Of a DNA stretch of 53,920 bases, positions 45,686 through 53,920 are shown one piece after another. The notes under the pieces were generated by a model, which saw only the letters and a program-made list of their open reading frames with translations, did not search any database and was not told the DNA's origin. Position numbers and translations under genes: made by a program. The stretch covers positions 1 through 53,920 of the forward strand of contig JAURAC010000024.1 in assembly GCA_030586555.1 (NCBI GenBank). The letters are read 5' to 3'. This DNA comes from Candidatus Subterrananammoxibius californiae. GTDB taxonomy: Bacteria; Planctomycetota; Brocadiia; Brocadiales; Subterrananammoxibiaceae. Position 1 is the first letter of the stretch; each line of letters begins with the position of its first letter.

Positions 45686-45763
45686 AATTCAAATGCGGAA
45701 TGCGGAGTGCGGAATAAAAAAACTCATTTTGGCATTCCGTATTCCGAATTCCGAAATCCGCAA

Positions 45764-46021
45764 TCAGCAAAGTGGATTAGCTCCACCAGTAATAGCCCGG
45801 TCTATTTCCATTTGTGCCTTAAGTTCCATTAGATGGGCACATAATTCAGTTATGTGGTCTTTTTCTCGTTCTGCAAGACTCAAGAACATCTTCTTAGCGG
45901 AAGGTTTAACTGCTACGACAGCGGCGTGATGATAATAGTCGTAAGAGTCCTTTTCCCTCTGGATAGCCTCTTCAAGGATTTCCATCATGGTAAGCACTTC
46001 TGGAGTTCTATATGTAGCCAT
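45764..46021 (-). CDS. Small ferritin/rubrerythrin-like half-domain protein
   Basis: AIQREKDSYDYY..LAEREKDH; GGAGG RBS. Confidence 0.75.
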   Translation of the reverse strand: MATYRTPEVLTMMEILEEAIQREKDSYDYYHHAAVVAVKPSAKKMFLSLAEREKDHITELCAHLMELKAQMEIDRAITGGANPLC

Positions 46022-46039
46022 AATCGGATTCCTCCACGA

Positions 46040-46123
46040 ACCCCGTTAGAAAACTATTAAAGAATTTCTTAGTAAAGTTATGAAGGCATTATTGACCTCG
46101 CTAAAATAGGTTTTCTAACGGGG
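46040..46123. repeat. Short element with inverted ends
   Basis: CCCCGTTAGAAAAC ... GTTTTCTAACGGGG. Confidence 0.65.
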
Positions 46124-46209
46124 CGAACCGTTTAAAATGTCAGCCGTAGGCGAATTTACCTTTCTATATAACAAAAATCAAACTGGGTTGCAAGAATAAA
46201 AAAATCTTA

Positions 46210-47218
46210 TGTGACAGCAACATAATCATAATAATGTCCTATTTCTGCAATATGAAAATCTCCTGTTTTTTAAGTTTGATTATTTATTATTAGTAGTATC
46301 TCTTTTTCTTTTTGTGGATAATTATTAAAATTGTGGATATCTTCGTTAATTAGATTCGCTTTGCTCACTACAGGCTTAAATCTCCTCCAGGGGTGAGCAG
46401 CCGAAAGCTTATAGGTCTTTCTTACAGTAAGTACATGGGGCTTTCTCTCTTCTTTTGCTTTTGCCTGTCTGCGTGCTCCGCACAGGCGGGTAGGTCGTAT
46501 GCTTATACATCCGCCTTAGGCGGACCATAGGCTTTGATATAGCGTTTAAAGATATCCATGGCTGGGATTGTGCCCTTATAAGGGTAGAACCTGGCAAAGA
46601 CCTTGCCTGTGGCATCATCTATGTAGCCCATAAGCACAAGCTTTGGGACGCCTTCCCTCAAGCCAATCATGATGCGAACCATCCATTTGAACCATTTCGC
46701 CATAATGTTGTTTTCTCTCACGCCACTTTTTATGAGGTCTATTCTTACGCCTCTTGTAAGACAACCCTTCTTTTATGAGCCATTTCCTCAGGGTTTCCCG
46801 GCTCAAGCTGAGCCTATCTATTTCAGAGAGCTTTTCTACTGCAAGAGTCGGACCGAAGCCTTTATATCTCTTTTGGCAGAGTTCTAAGACCTTTGCTTTC
46901 ACATCCTTCGGTATAGCCCTATGCCCATGTCTACCTCTGGACTTATGTATCAACCCTTTATTACCTTCCTCTCCAACCCTTTTCACTATCCTTCTTATCT
47001 GTCTATCGCTTAAATCTAAAATATCCGCTGCTTTCTTCTGTGTTATTACCTTCTTAAGTACGTTGTTGATTATACTTACCCTATTTAGCTCCTTCTGAGT
47101 CATCCTGAAAATGTCCTTTCTTGCCATAATATCCTCCTTTAAGGGAGAACATTATAGCTACTCCTGAATAGGACATTTTCATTTTGCAGAAATAGGACAT
47201 TATTATATTGCTATCACA
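46210..47218 (-). mobile_element. Decayed ISNCY (IS1202/IS481-related) insertion sequence
   Basis: TGT...ACA ends with long imperfect inverted repeats containing AGGACATT sub-repeats (46210-46264 and 47168-47218); encloses a transposase remnant. Confidence 0.8.
46409..47127 (-). pseudogene. Transposase pseudogene
   Basis: HTH (LSDRQIRR), GFGPTL and GEMVQMDGSHHDWLE; frameshift near 46650 into LMGYIDDATG; then broken by palindrome insertions and truncated. Confidence 0.88.
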
Positions 47219-47234
47219 AGGACACATTTTTTTC

Positions 47235-47263
47235 TTGACATTAAGAGGTAGTAATGCTAAACT
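47235..47263 (+). promoter_or_regulatory. sigma70 promoter of the cytochrome genes preceding HZS
   Basis: TTGACA-N17-TAAACT with extended TG. Confidence 0.65.
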
Positions 47264-47336
47264 TCTTAGCTCATAAATGAGGCGATTTGCATAGGGTATT
47301 TTGTAAAGTTTTATAGATTAAGAAAGGAGAACTTGG

Positions 47337-48077
47337 ATGCACAGGGGGCGTATTGTTGTTTGTGGCGTTGCAGTGATCAGTTTTTTAACATTTTCTCAGG
47401 CGAATTGGGTAAGGGCAGAAGAAGCCCAGAAATATCTATATGTAGGGAATGCTGGCTGTAAGTGTCACCTCTCAAAAGGATGTTTCGAAGGTGATGAATA
47501 TAAGGAGAGACTACACTCCCATACTTTTGAAGAACGTCTGACTACCGAACAGGATAAAAACAACCCTGAATGCTTAAAGTGCCATGCTACTGCATACAAG
47601 AAGAAAATAAAGGACAACAAGCCATACTTAGAAGACGTTCAGTGCGAAGCCTGCCACGGACCAGGGGAAAAATATGAAGAGTTGAAAAAGAATTATAAGG
47701 GCAAAGGTAAAGACGCCTTTAATGAGCTATTAAAGAAAGACCCCATGCTGGCACGAAAGGAACAATTTGATGCCGGGCTATATACTGCAGGCATCAGTGG
47801 TCCATACTCTAAATATAAAACCGTAAAGGAGCAGTGTCTGGAGTGCCACTGGGAAGATGCTAAGGCAACAAACAAGTGCCCAAAAACAAAACCCGATGCG
47901 GTCATGAACTTTAAGGAAACCTTTGAAAAGGATGACCACAGAGACCATGATACTATAGACGATGTTATTGAGAAGATGTCTCCTGCAGATAAGGCTAAAT
48001 GGAAGGACTATCTGGAAAAGGACGAGCTTCTGCTTTCACCCTTAAAACCGGCAGCCAAAAAGGCAAAGAAAAAGTAA
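47337..48077 (+). CDS. Tetraheme cytochrome c with contracted CKCH motif (kuste2854/KsTH-like)
   Basis: Signal peptide; CKCH plus CLKCH, CEACH and CLECH; first gene of the HZS cluster. Confidence 0.88.
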   Translation: MHRGRIVVCGVAVISFLTFSQANWVRAEEAQKYLYVGNAGCKCHLSKGCFEGDEYKERLHSHTFEERLTTEQDKNNPECLKCHATAYKKKIKDNKPYLEDVQCEACHGPGEKYEELKKNYKGKGKDAFNELLKKDPMLARKEQFDAGLYTAGISGPYSKYKTVKEQCLECHWEDAKATNKCPKTKPDAVMNFKETFEKDDHRDHDTIDDVIEKMSPADKAKWKDYLEKDELLLSPLKPAAKKAKKK

Positions 48078-48216
48078 TAACCTTGCGCAATTGTTAGTTA
48101 AGACTTAGAACTTTCTGGTGGTTCAATCCCAGTGGGTTGAACCACCAGTTAAATCCACGACGCTAAAAGTTTAACTTTTGTGCCCTATATGTAGATTTTT
48201 GGGGAGGAATCTACAA

Positions 48217-49239
48217 ATGTCATTGTGGGCTTACCACTACAAGCCAAAATTTAAGCTGCATAATAGGCCCTTAATTGGGGTGCTTATTATCTCGCTATTT
48301 ATTTCCACCGTTTTGTTATCCGCCTCAGGCGGATTTGTCCTGGCGCAGAAAAATAGCGATTGTATTAAGTGCCACCAGGACCCAGAAAAATGCGGGCCAA
48401 AAGTTAAGATAGACCCGGTCAGTGGTGAGATATTCATTACCTCCATGCTTTTGAGCGATGAGGATGTTAATACTTTTAAGGCTTCAGGGCATGGCGGTGA
48501 GGACTTCTTTTGCATAGATTGTCACGCAGACCTCGAAGGTGTGGAGGGTGACCATGAGCCCAACCTGAAACCTGTTGACTGCATCACATTTTGCCACGAT
48601 GACCCTGCAGCGGATTACCTTGATGGCTCCCATATTAAAGCAATGAGAGACAAGGATAAAGACCCCCTCACCTGTAAGGATTGTCATACGGGAGAAAAAT
48701 CCAGACGTGATACACCAAGGGCTGAAAATCCAGTTGGCAGGCACATTATGATTGAAAAATGCGGCTCGTGTCACGAACCGCATTTAAACTCTTATCGTAT
48801 TAACCTTCATGGACAACTAACTGCACTTGGTTGCACAGGAACGGACATTGCCTCCTGCCCCGATTGCCACGGAAAGCATATAATACTGAATTCTACCGAC
48901 CCGGATTCATCTGTCGGCGAAAACAACATCGTTGAAACGTGTGGGAAATGTCATGGTGGTTCGAGTCCAAGATTTGCAAAACACATTGAGCATCCACAAT
49001 TTAAGAATCTCGAACAATATAAATCAATATTTCTTGCTTTCAAGAATATAAATACTGAACCTCAAGCAATAGGGAAATTAGCCAGAGACCCACAAACCTA
49101 TCTTGTTCTGGGATTTGTGGTATATATGGCAATTCTTGGGATGACGTTTTCTACATTCGGTCTCCACTCCCTCCTGATATGGTTTAGAACAATCCTGGAC
49201 GAACTCATGGGAAAGGGGTCTAAAAAACATGAAGAGTGA
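48217..49239 (+). CDS. Membrane-anchored heptaheme cytochrome c (kuste2855-like)
   Basis: Six CxxCH plus one CxxxCH (CITFCH); C-terminal transmembrane helix; GGAGG RBS. Confidence 0.88.
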   Translation: MSLWAYHYKPKFKLHNRPLIGVLIISLFISTVLLSASGGFVLAQKNSDCIKCHQDPEKCGPKVKIDPVSGEIFITSMLLSDEDVNTFKASGHGGEDFFCIDCHADLEGVEGDHEPNLKPVDCITFCHDDPAADYLDGSHIKAMRDKDKDPLTCKDCHTGEKSRRDTPRAENPVGRHIMIEKCGSCHEPHLNSYRINLHGQLTALGCTGTDIASCPDCHGKHIILNSTDPDSSVGENNIVETCGKCHGGSSPRFAKHIEHPQFKNLEQYKSIFLAFKNINTEPQAIGKLARDPQTYLVLGFVVYMAILGMTFSTFGLHSLLIWFRTILDELMGKGSKKHEE

Positions 49240-50056
49240 GTTATACATACGGTTTACACCTCTGCATAGATTTAACCACTTCCTTATTATTATAAGCTTC
49301 TTTGGTTTGGTCTTAACTGGAATGCCGCTGGCGTTCAAGGATTACGCTTGGGCACACTGTCTTTACCAACTTATGGGTGGATACCCTATAGCAGGATACA
49401 TCCATCGCATTTGTGCAGGCCTGACATTTTTAGCTTGTTTCTTACATTTTGCCCAACTATCGTATGCAGTGGTTATCAAAAAACAGCTAAAAGAACTCCT
49501 CTGGGGTCCGGATTCTGTTGTACCCCAGCCAAAAGATTTACTTGACGTACTCGGTGAAATTATATGGATTATAGGATTCGGTCCCAGACCCAGGTTTGAG
49601 CGATGGATATGGTGGGAAAAGATGGAATACCTCTCGTTAATTTGGGGAACCTTAGTAATGGGGCTCACAGGGTTTATGTTATGGTTTCCCGCCAACTTCT
49701 CAGCATTCTTACCAGGATGGGCCATAGATTTGGCTCTAATTGTGCACAGATATGAAGCAATCCTCGCAGCCGTCTTTGTATTCACCATACATTTTATCCA
49801 TACACATCTTTTACCAGAAAAGCTCCCCGTTGATGAAGCAATGTTTACCGGAAGAATTACTGAAGAAGAGATGCTTCATGAACGGCCTCTTTACTACGAA
49901 AGGCTTCAAAGTGAGGGTACATTGGGGAACTTTAAGATTTCACCCCCCAACCCGATGTTTTCATTCTTGTCCAAGATGTTCGCAGTTCCTTTGTTATTAA
50001 TCGGTCTTTTTCTGACAGGACTCATGGTCTCAAGTCTGATTTTAGAATTTATATAA
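49229..50056 (+). CDS. Diheme cytochrome b, FdnI-like (kuste2856-like)
   Basis: RF..HRFNH, IHRICA, EKMEY and HRYEA..IHFIHTH motifs. Confidence 0.88.
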   Translation: MKSELYIRFTPLHRFNHFLIIISFFGLVLTGMPLAFKDYAWAHCLYQLMGGYPIAGYIHRICAGLTFLACFLHFAQLSYAVVIKKQLKELLWGPDSVVPQPKDLLDVLGEIIWIIGFGPRPRFERWIWWEKMEYLSLIWGTLVMGLTGFMLWFPANFSAFLPGWAIDLALIVHRYEAILAAVFVFTIHFIHTHLLPEKLPVDEAMFTGRITEEEMLHERPLYYERLQSEGTLGNFKISPPNPMFSFLSKMFAVPLLLIGLFLTGLMVSSLILEFI

Positions 50057-50080
50057 TCAAAACTCTTGGAACATGTTGCT

Positions 50081-51472
50081 ATGATGCACCAGCGAATCTT
50101 AATCACAGATGATGAAGAACGAATGAGACGTGTCCTGGCAATGGCATGCAAGGATATTGGCAATGTGGACGTTATCGCTTGCGATGGTTCCGACGCTTTA
50201 CCTCTTCTGGAAAAGGAACGCTTTCATTTAGTAATTACTGACATGAGAACGCCTAAGATGGGAAGACTGGAATTTCTCAAGCATATAAGAAATAAGGACC
50301 CAGACCTTCCCATTATTGTAATAACTGCATTCGACTCGATAGAAACCGCAGTTGAAGCAATAAAAGAAGGAGCCTTCGACTATATTACCAAACCATTTAA
50401 GGATGATACACTCAAGATTGCTATTAAAAAGGCACTAAAGGTGGGTTCTCTAACGGCGGAAAATAAGTATCTCCGTCAGGAACTTGAAGCTCACTATAAT
50501 TTTTGTAACATCGTAGGCACATCGCCAAGGATGGTAGAAACCCTTTGCCTTGCTGGAGAGGTATCCCAAACGGATTCAACCGTCTTAATACTCGGTGAAA
50601 GTGGTACTGGAAAAGAGTTGATTGCACGTGCAATTCATCTAAATAGTCCAAGGTCAAATGGCCCGATGGTTGCCATTAATTGTGCTGCCTTGCCAGAAAA
50701 TCTTCTTGAAAGCGAACTCTTTGGTTACGAAAAGGGCGCTTTTACCGGCGCAGATAAAACTAAAAAAGGCCGTTTTGAACTGGCTTCCGGGGGTACGTTC
50801 TTTCTCGATGAAATCTCAGAAATGAACCCTACTATCCAGGCTAAAGTACTTAGAGTTATTGAAGCCAGAGAGATGGAGCGGGTAGGTGGAACTGAAACAA
50901 TTAAGGTTGATGTTAGAATAATTTGTGCCACTAATAAAAACCTTTCCGAATTAGTTAAGAACAAAAAATTCAGGGACGATTTGTTCTACCGCATAAATGT
51001 ATTTCCTATTGTTATACCTCCACTCAGGGAACGCCCTGAAGATATACTACCCCTTAGCAGATACTTTATCGAACGGTATTGCATAAAAATGGGCAAAGGA
51101 ATACTTACCCTTTCTAAAGAAGTAGAAAAATTATTGCTATCACACAGGTGGGAAGGAAACATTCGAGAACTTCAGAATACCATTGAAAGAGCCGTTATTT
51201 TGTGTAAGGGTAACGTAATAACGCCTGGACATTTACCTCTTATAATGACTAAGAAGGTTTCTATGGATGAAGATGAAAAGGAGCGGATTCCGGCAGAAAC
51301 AGCCCCAATAGACATCCCACCGGAGGGCTTGTCTTTAAATGAATTGGAGAAACAACTCGTATTACAAGCGCTTCAAAAGAGTAAGAATAACAAGACAAAA
51401 GCTGCAAGACTCTTGGGACTTACAAGAGGAACTTTTCGATACAGACTCGAAAAATACGGGCTAAAAAATTAA
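50081..51472 (+). CDS. sigma54-dependent response regulator of the HZS cluster (kuste2857-like)
   Basis: Receiver domain, GESGTGKE, GAFTGA and HTH. Confidence 0.93.
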   Translation: MMHQRILITDDEERMRRVLAMACKDIGNVDVIACDGSDALPLLEKERFHLVITDMRTPKMGRLEFLKHIRNKDPDLPIIVITAFDSIETAVEAIKEGAFDYITKPFKDDTLKIAIKKALKVGSLTAENKYLRQELEAHYNFCNIVGTSPRMVETLCLAGEVSQTDSTVLILGESGTGKELIARAIHLNSPRSNGPMVAINCAALPENLLESELFGYEKGAFTGADKTKKGRFELASGGTFFLDEISEMNPTIQAKVLRVIEAREMERVGGTETIKVDVRIICATNKNLSELVKNKKFRDDLFYRINVFPIVIPPLRERPEDILPLSRYFIERYCIKMGKGILTLSKEVEKLLLSHRWEGNIRELQNTIERAVILCKGNVITPGHLPLIMTKKVSMDEDEKERIPAETAPIDIPPEGLSLNELEKQLVLQALQKSKNNKTKAARLLGLTRGTFRYRLEKYGLKN

Positions 51473-51640
51473 GTGCACTTTTTTAGAAAAGAAGGAGGTA
51501 GAAAATCGGACATAGTTGGCTCATTAGTGGCTGATAACAGCCAAATAGTGGTAGGAAAGTAGGTCGATGAAAGTTAGTCATGTTCATTTAAATATTTTTG
51601 AAAGTAAAAGCTTAAGTAAAAAATTTTTGAAAGGCATTCT

Positions 51641-51657
51641 TTGGCACAATATCTGCT
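51641..51657 (+). promoter_or_regulatory. sigma54 promoter upstream of the hzs operon
   Basis: TTGGCACAATATCTGCT: TGGCAC with GG-N10-GC spacing. Confidence 0.8.
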
Positions 51658-51736
51658 CTTTTTAACATCTTTGCTATATAGATTGTAATATATCAATAAC
51701 TAAAACTTAACAAAACTTGAAAGGAGGTGAAAGAAA

Positions 51737-52294
51737 TTGAAGAAGTATCTAATCCCTTTTATTGGTCTTTTGTTTATAGTTGGGTTTTCAGCGTCAACTG
51801 TTTTTGCCGATTGGGATAAGCCGTGTGACCACAAAAAAATCGTAGAGTGGTGGTGGTGCGATGCGTGCAAAAAGATTAGCGAATTCCCAGATTGCAAAGG
51901 CGCAGAGTACATCTGGAACTTTAAAGACTACAGAGCAGGCGCAGGAAAATACGAAGAGAGCGTAAAGCATCAGAATCTTCCCCTCGCATGGGCTTGTGAA
52001 AGAATTCAGTTCATGTGCAACAACGACAAGTGCGAAAGGTTCAGAAAATGCGTACCGCAGCCAGGAGTTTGTGAAGTTTGTGGGGAAGACTTTCAGAGCA
52101 ACGCAGTCCTATCCAGGGTCCTGTTTAAGTGCACAGGTTGCGGGAAAGAACACACAGAAGCGGGAAAAGGTTTTACAGTGGTCGAGGGGCGTTACGTAAG
52201 AACCATTGCTACTGTAGGAACATGCCCGGATGATGGAAAACCTTTAGATATAATTTGCACCTTGTCAGGCACATGTCCACATGTGACGAGATAA
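51737..52294 (+). CDS. Secreted Cys-rich HZS-cluster protein (kuste2858-like)
   Basis: AGGAGG plus TTG start; signal peptide; several CxxC; lies just before HZS beta. Confidence 0.8.
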   Translation: MKKYLIPFIGLLFIVGFSASTVFADWDKPCDHKKIVEWWWCDACKKISEFPDCKGAEYIWNFKDYRAGAGKYEESVKHQNLPLAWACERIQFMCNNDKCERFRKCVPQPGVCEVCGEDFQSNAVLSRVLFKCTGCGKEHTEAGKGFTVVEGRYVRTIATVGTCPDDGKPLDIICTLSGTCPHVTR

Positions 52295-52340
52295 AGGGAT
52301 TTTGGTTTTTATTTGGTTAGGTTTTTTGAGGAGGTGAATA

Positions 52341-53489
52341 ATGAAAGGAAGTTATGGAAGGTATATACTGGTAGCTGCGGGTGTAGCGAGCCTTGCGCTA
52401 CTGGGAGTAGGAGCGGTAAGTGCTGGAGAAGGGTATATCCAGGGCACGAAGGTAAAGACGAACTTACCGTCGCCGTTTTACATCACGCGTTCACCCGATG
52501 GCAACACCCTGTACGTAGTGAACCAGTCGGGGCACAGTGTGACGATTGTGGATGCGCAGACAAAGCAGGTTACGGGAGAGGTAGCGGTGGGTGTGCAGCC
52601 GGAGGCTGCTGCGGTAACCCCTGATGGGTCGTTATTATTTGTGTGTAATGCCGAGAGTGACAGTGTGAGCGTGATAGACACGCGGTCAAAGGCAGTGGTA
52701 AAGGAGATCAAGGTAGGGGATTGGCCCTGCAATGTGAAGATTACGAAGGATGGCAAGACTGCATACGTTTGCTGTTCTGGTAACATGTGGGAGTATATTG
52801 ACATTATTGACGTAGGCAGGCAGGAGAAGGTAGGTGCGATAAAGCTGACGAACTACGGTCCGAGGGACATAGCCCTTTCACCGGATGGGAAGATGGCTGC
52901 AGTGGTCAATGACACCTGCGGTTCATACAACCGAAGTGTTAACTTTATAGACCTCAGCACAAAGCAGGTTACGGAGAAGAGGGTAATAAAGGAGAGTGCG
53001 AACCTGAGGGCTATTGAGTACACGCCGGATGGTGCATTTGTAGTGGTGACGTATGAGAGTCCGAAGAACTGGCTGCCGGTGTGCGAGGCTGAGAATGGCG
53101 AGGTATTCACGAACAACATAGCGGTGCTTGAGGCGAAGCCGGGCGGGAAGACTGCGAGGCTGCCCCTGGATGAGCTGAACAATTATGACGGCAATCCATA
53201 CGGGATAGCGGTATGTCCCACGGGTAAGTATCTCTACGTTGGAGTTAGAGGGATGCACAGGGTAACGATACTTGACCTTGCGAAGATAAGGCAGATAGTG
53301 ACGTCGAACAACCAGCAAGAGCTTGACCATCTGAGGGACGACCTGACGTTTGTCTCCGAATACCTTGTAGCGAGGGTGCCTGTGGGGCTTGGTCCGAGTT
53401 CAGTATGCTTATCGCCCGATGGCAAGGTTTGCTATGCGGCGAACTATTTTTCAAACAGTGTCAGCGTAATAAGGACGCCGCTGGATTGA
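52341..53489 (+). CDS. hzsB: Hydrazine synthase beta subunit (heme-free beta-propeller; hzsB/hzsC naming varies between papers)
   Basis: YVTN-type propeller repeats; PKNWLPVCEAENG, LDELNNYDGNPYG and ANYFSN; followed by the gamma subunit. Confidence 0.93.
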   Translation: MKGSYGRYILVAAGVASLALLGVGAVSAGEGYIQGTKVKTNLPSPFYITRSPDGNTLYVVNQSGHSVTIVDAQTKQVTGEVAVGVQPEAAAVTPDGSLLFVCNAESDSVSVIDTRSKAVVKEIKVGDWPCNVKITKDGKTAYVCCSGNMWEYIDIIDVGRQEKVGAIKLTNYGPRDIALSPDGKMAAVVNDTCGSYNRSVNFIDLSTKQVTEKRVIKESANLRAIEYTPDGAFVVVTYESPKNWLPVCEAENGEVFTNNIAVLEAKPGGKTARLPLDELNNYDGNPYGIAVCPTGKYLYVGVRGMHRVTILDLAKIRQIVTSNNQQELDHLRDDLTFVSEYLVARVPVGLGPSSVCLSPDGKVCYAANYFSNSVSVIRTPLD

Positions 53490-53531
53490 CGGTTTAAGCG
53501 GATTAAGAGGTTTTTTAGGAGGGAGTAAAAC

Positions 53532-53920
53532 ATGAGTAAGAAGATGTTAGTAATGGGAATGGTTGCAGCCGCCTGTTTTATAGGTGTAGCTGTGACGGCA
53601 AATGCGGGACAGCCGCAGGTGATAGCGACGATCCAGACGGGACCCGAGTGGGAGCCGCTGGGCAGGGGAGAGCCCCTGACGGTGCCTGAGGTGCACTACA
53701 GGGTAAAGCATGCCCCGTACAAGAGCGAGTTAGTGAGGTACGGGCAGTTTATCTTCAATGATGCCTCATGGGGGCTGCAGGGCGAGTATGCCTGTGCGAG
53801 CTGCCATTATGAAAGAGGCCAGACGACGGGTTTAATATGGGATCTTGGCGATGAAGGCTGGGGCAGCTGGAAGAACGTCAAGTACATCCGTGGAGCTCGG
53901 TATTTGCCGCCGTTCAGGCA
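53532..53920 (+). CDS. hzsC: Hydrazine synthase gamma subunit (5' part; runs off the window, not in ORF track)
   Basis: MSKKMLV...GQPQVIATIQTGPEWEPL..EVHYRVKH..GEYACASCHYERGQTTGLIWDLGDEGWGSWKN.KYIRG. Confidence 0.93.
   Translation, partial: MSKKMLVMGMVAAACFIGVAVTANAGQPQVIATIQTGPEWEPLGRGEPLTVPEVHYRVKHAPYKSELVRYGQFIFNDASWGLQGEYACASCHYERGQTTGLIWDLGDEGWGSWKNVKYIRGARYLPPFR

Overview
This 53.9 kb window comes from an anammox planctomycete (Ca. Brocadiales). The right end carries the hydrazine synthase cluster: a tetraheme c with a CKCH motif, a heptaheme c, a cytochrome b, a sigma54 activator, a Cys-rich protein, HZS beta and the start of HZS gamma. Housekeeping loci include the dnaK 3' end, rplM-rpsI, smpB, tRNA-Leu, nfeD/floA, guaB, amtB-glnK, rpsO-pnp, queA, lipA/lipB and a 2-oxoacid dehydrogenase E1a/E1b/E2 set. 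There is also a thiol/non-heme-iron redox operon, a NosL/ABC cluster, two toxin-antitoxin cassettes and a decayed ISNCY-type element. The most striking accessory feature is an array of four secreted paralogs with 22-24 Cys each, directly behind rpsI. They share a near-invariant scaffold and differ in three discrete hypervariable loops. They also show a co-varying extra Cys pair and mosaic nucleotide sharing, which suggests a recombination-diversified, antibody-like binding-protein system. Other notable items are a eukaryote-type IMPDH, a stand-alone structured sRNA candidate, a TA cassette flanked by a 70-bp duplication of a gene 3' end, and many short palindromes and heptamer repeats inserted in frame in proteins. 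All calls come from reading the sequence by eye; no searches were run.
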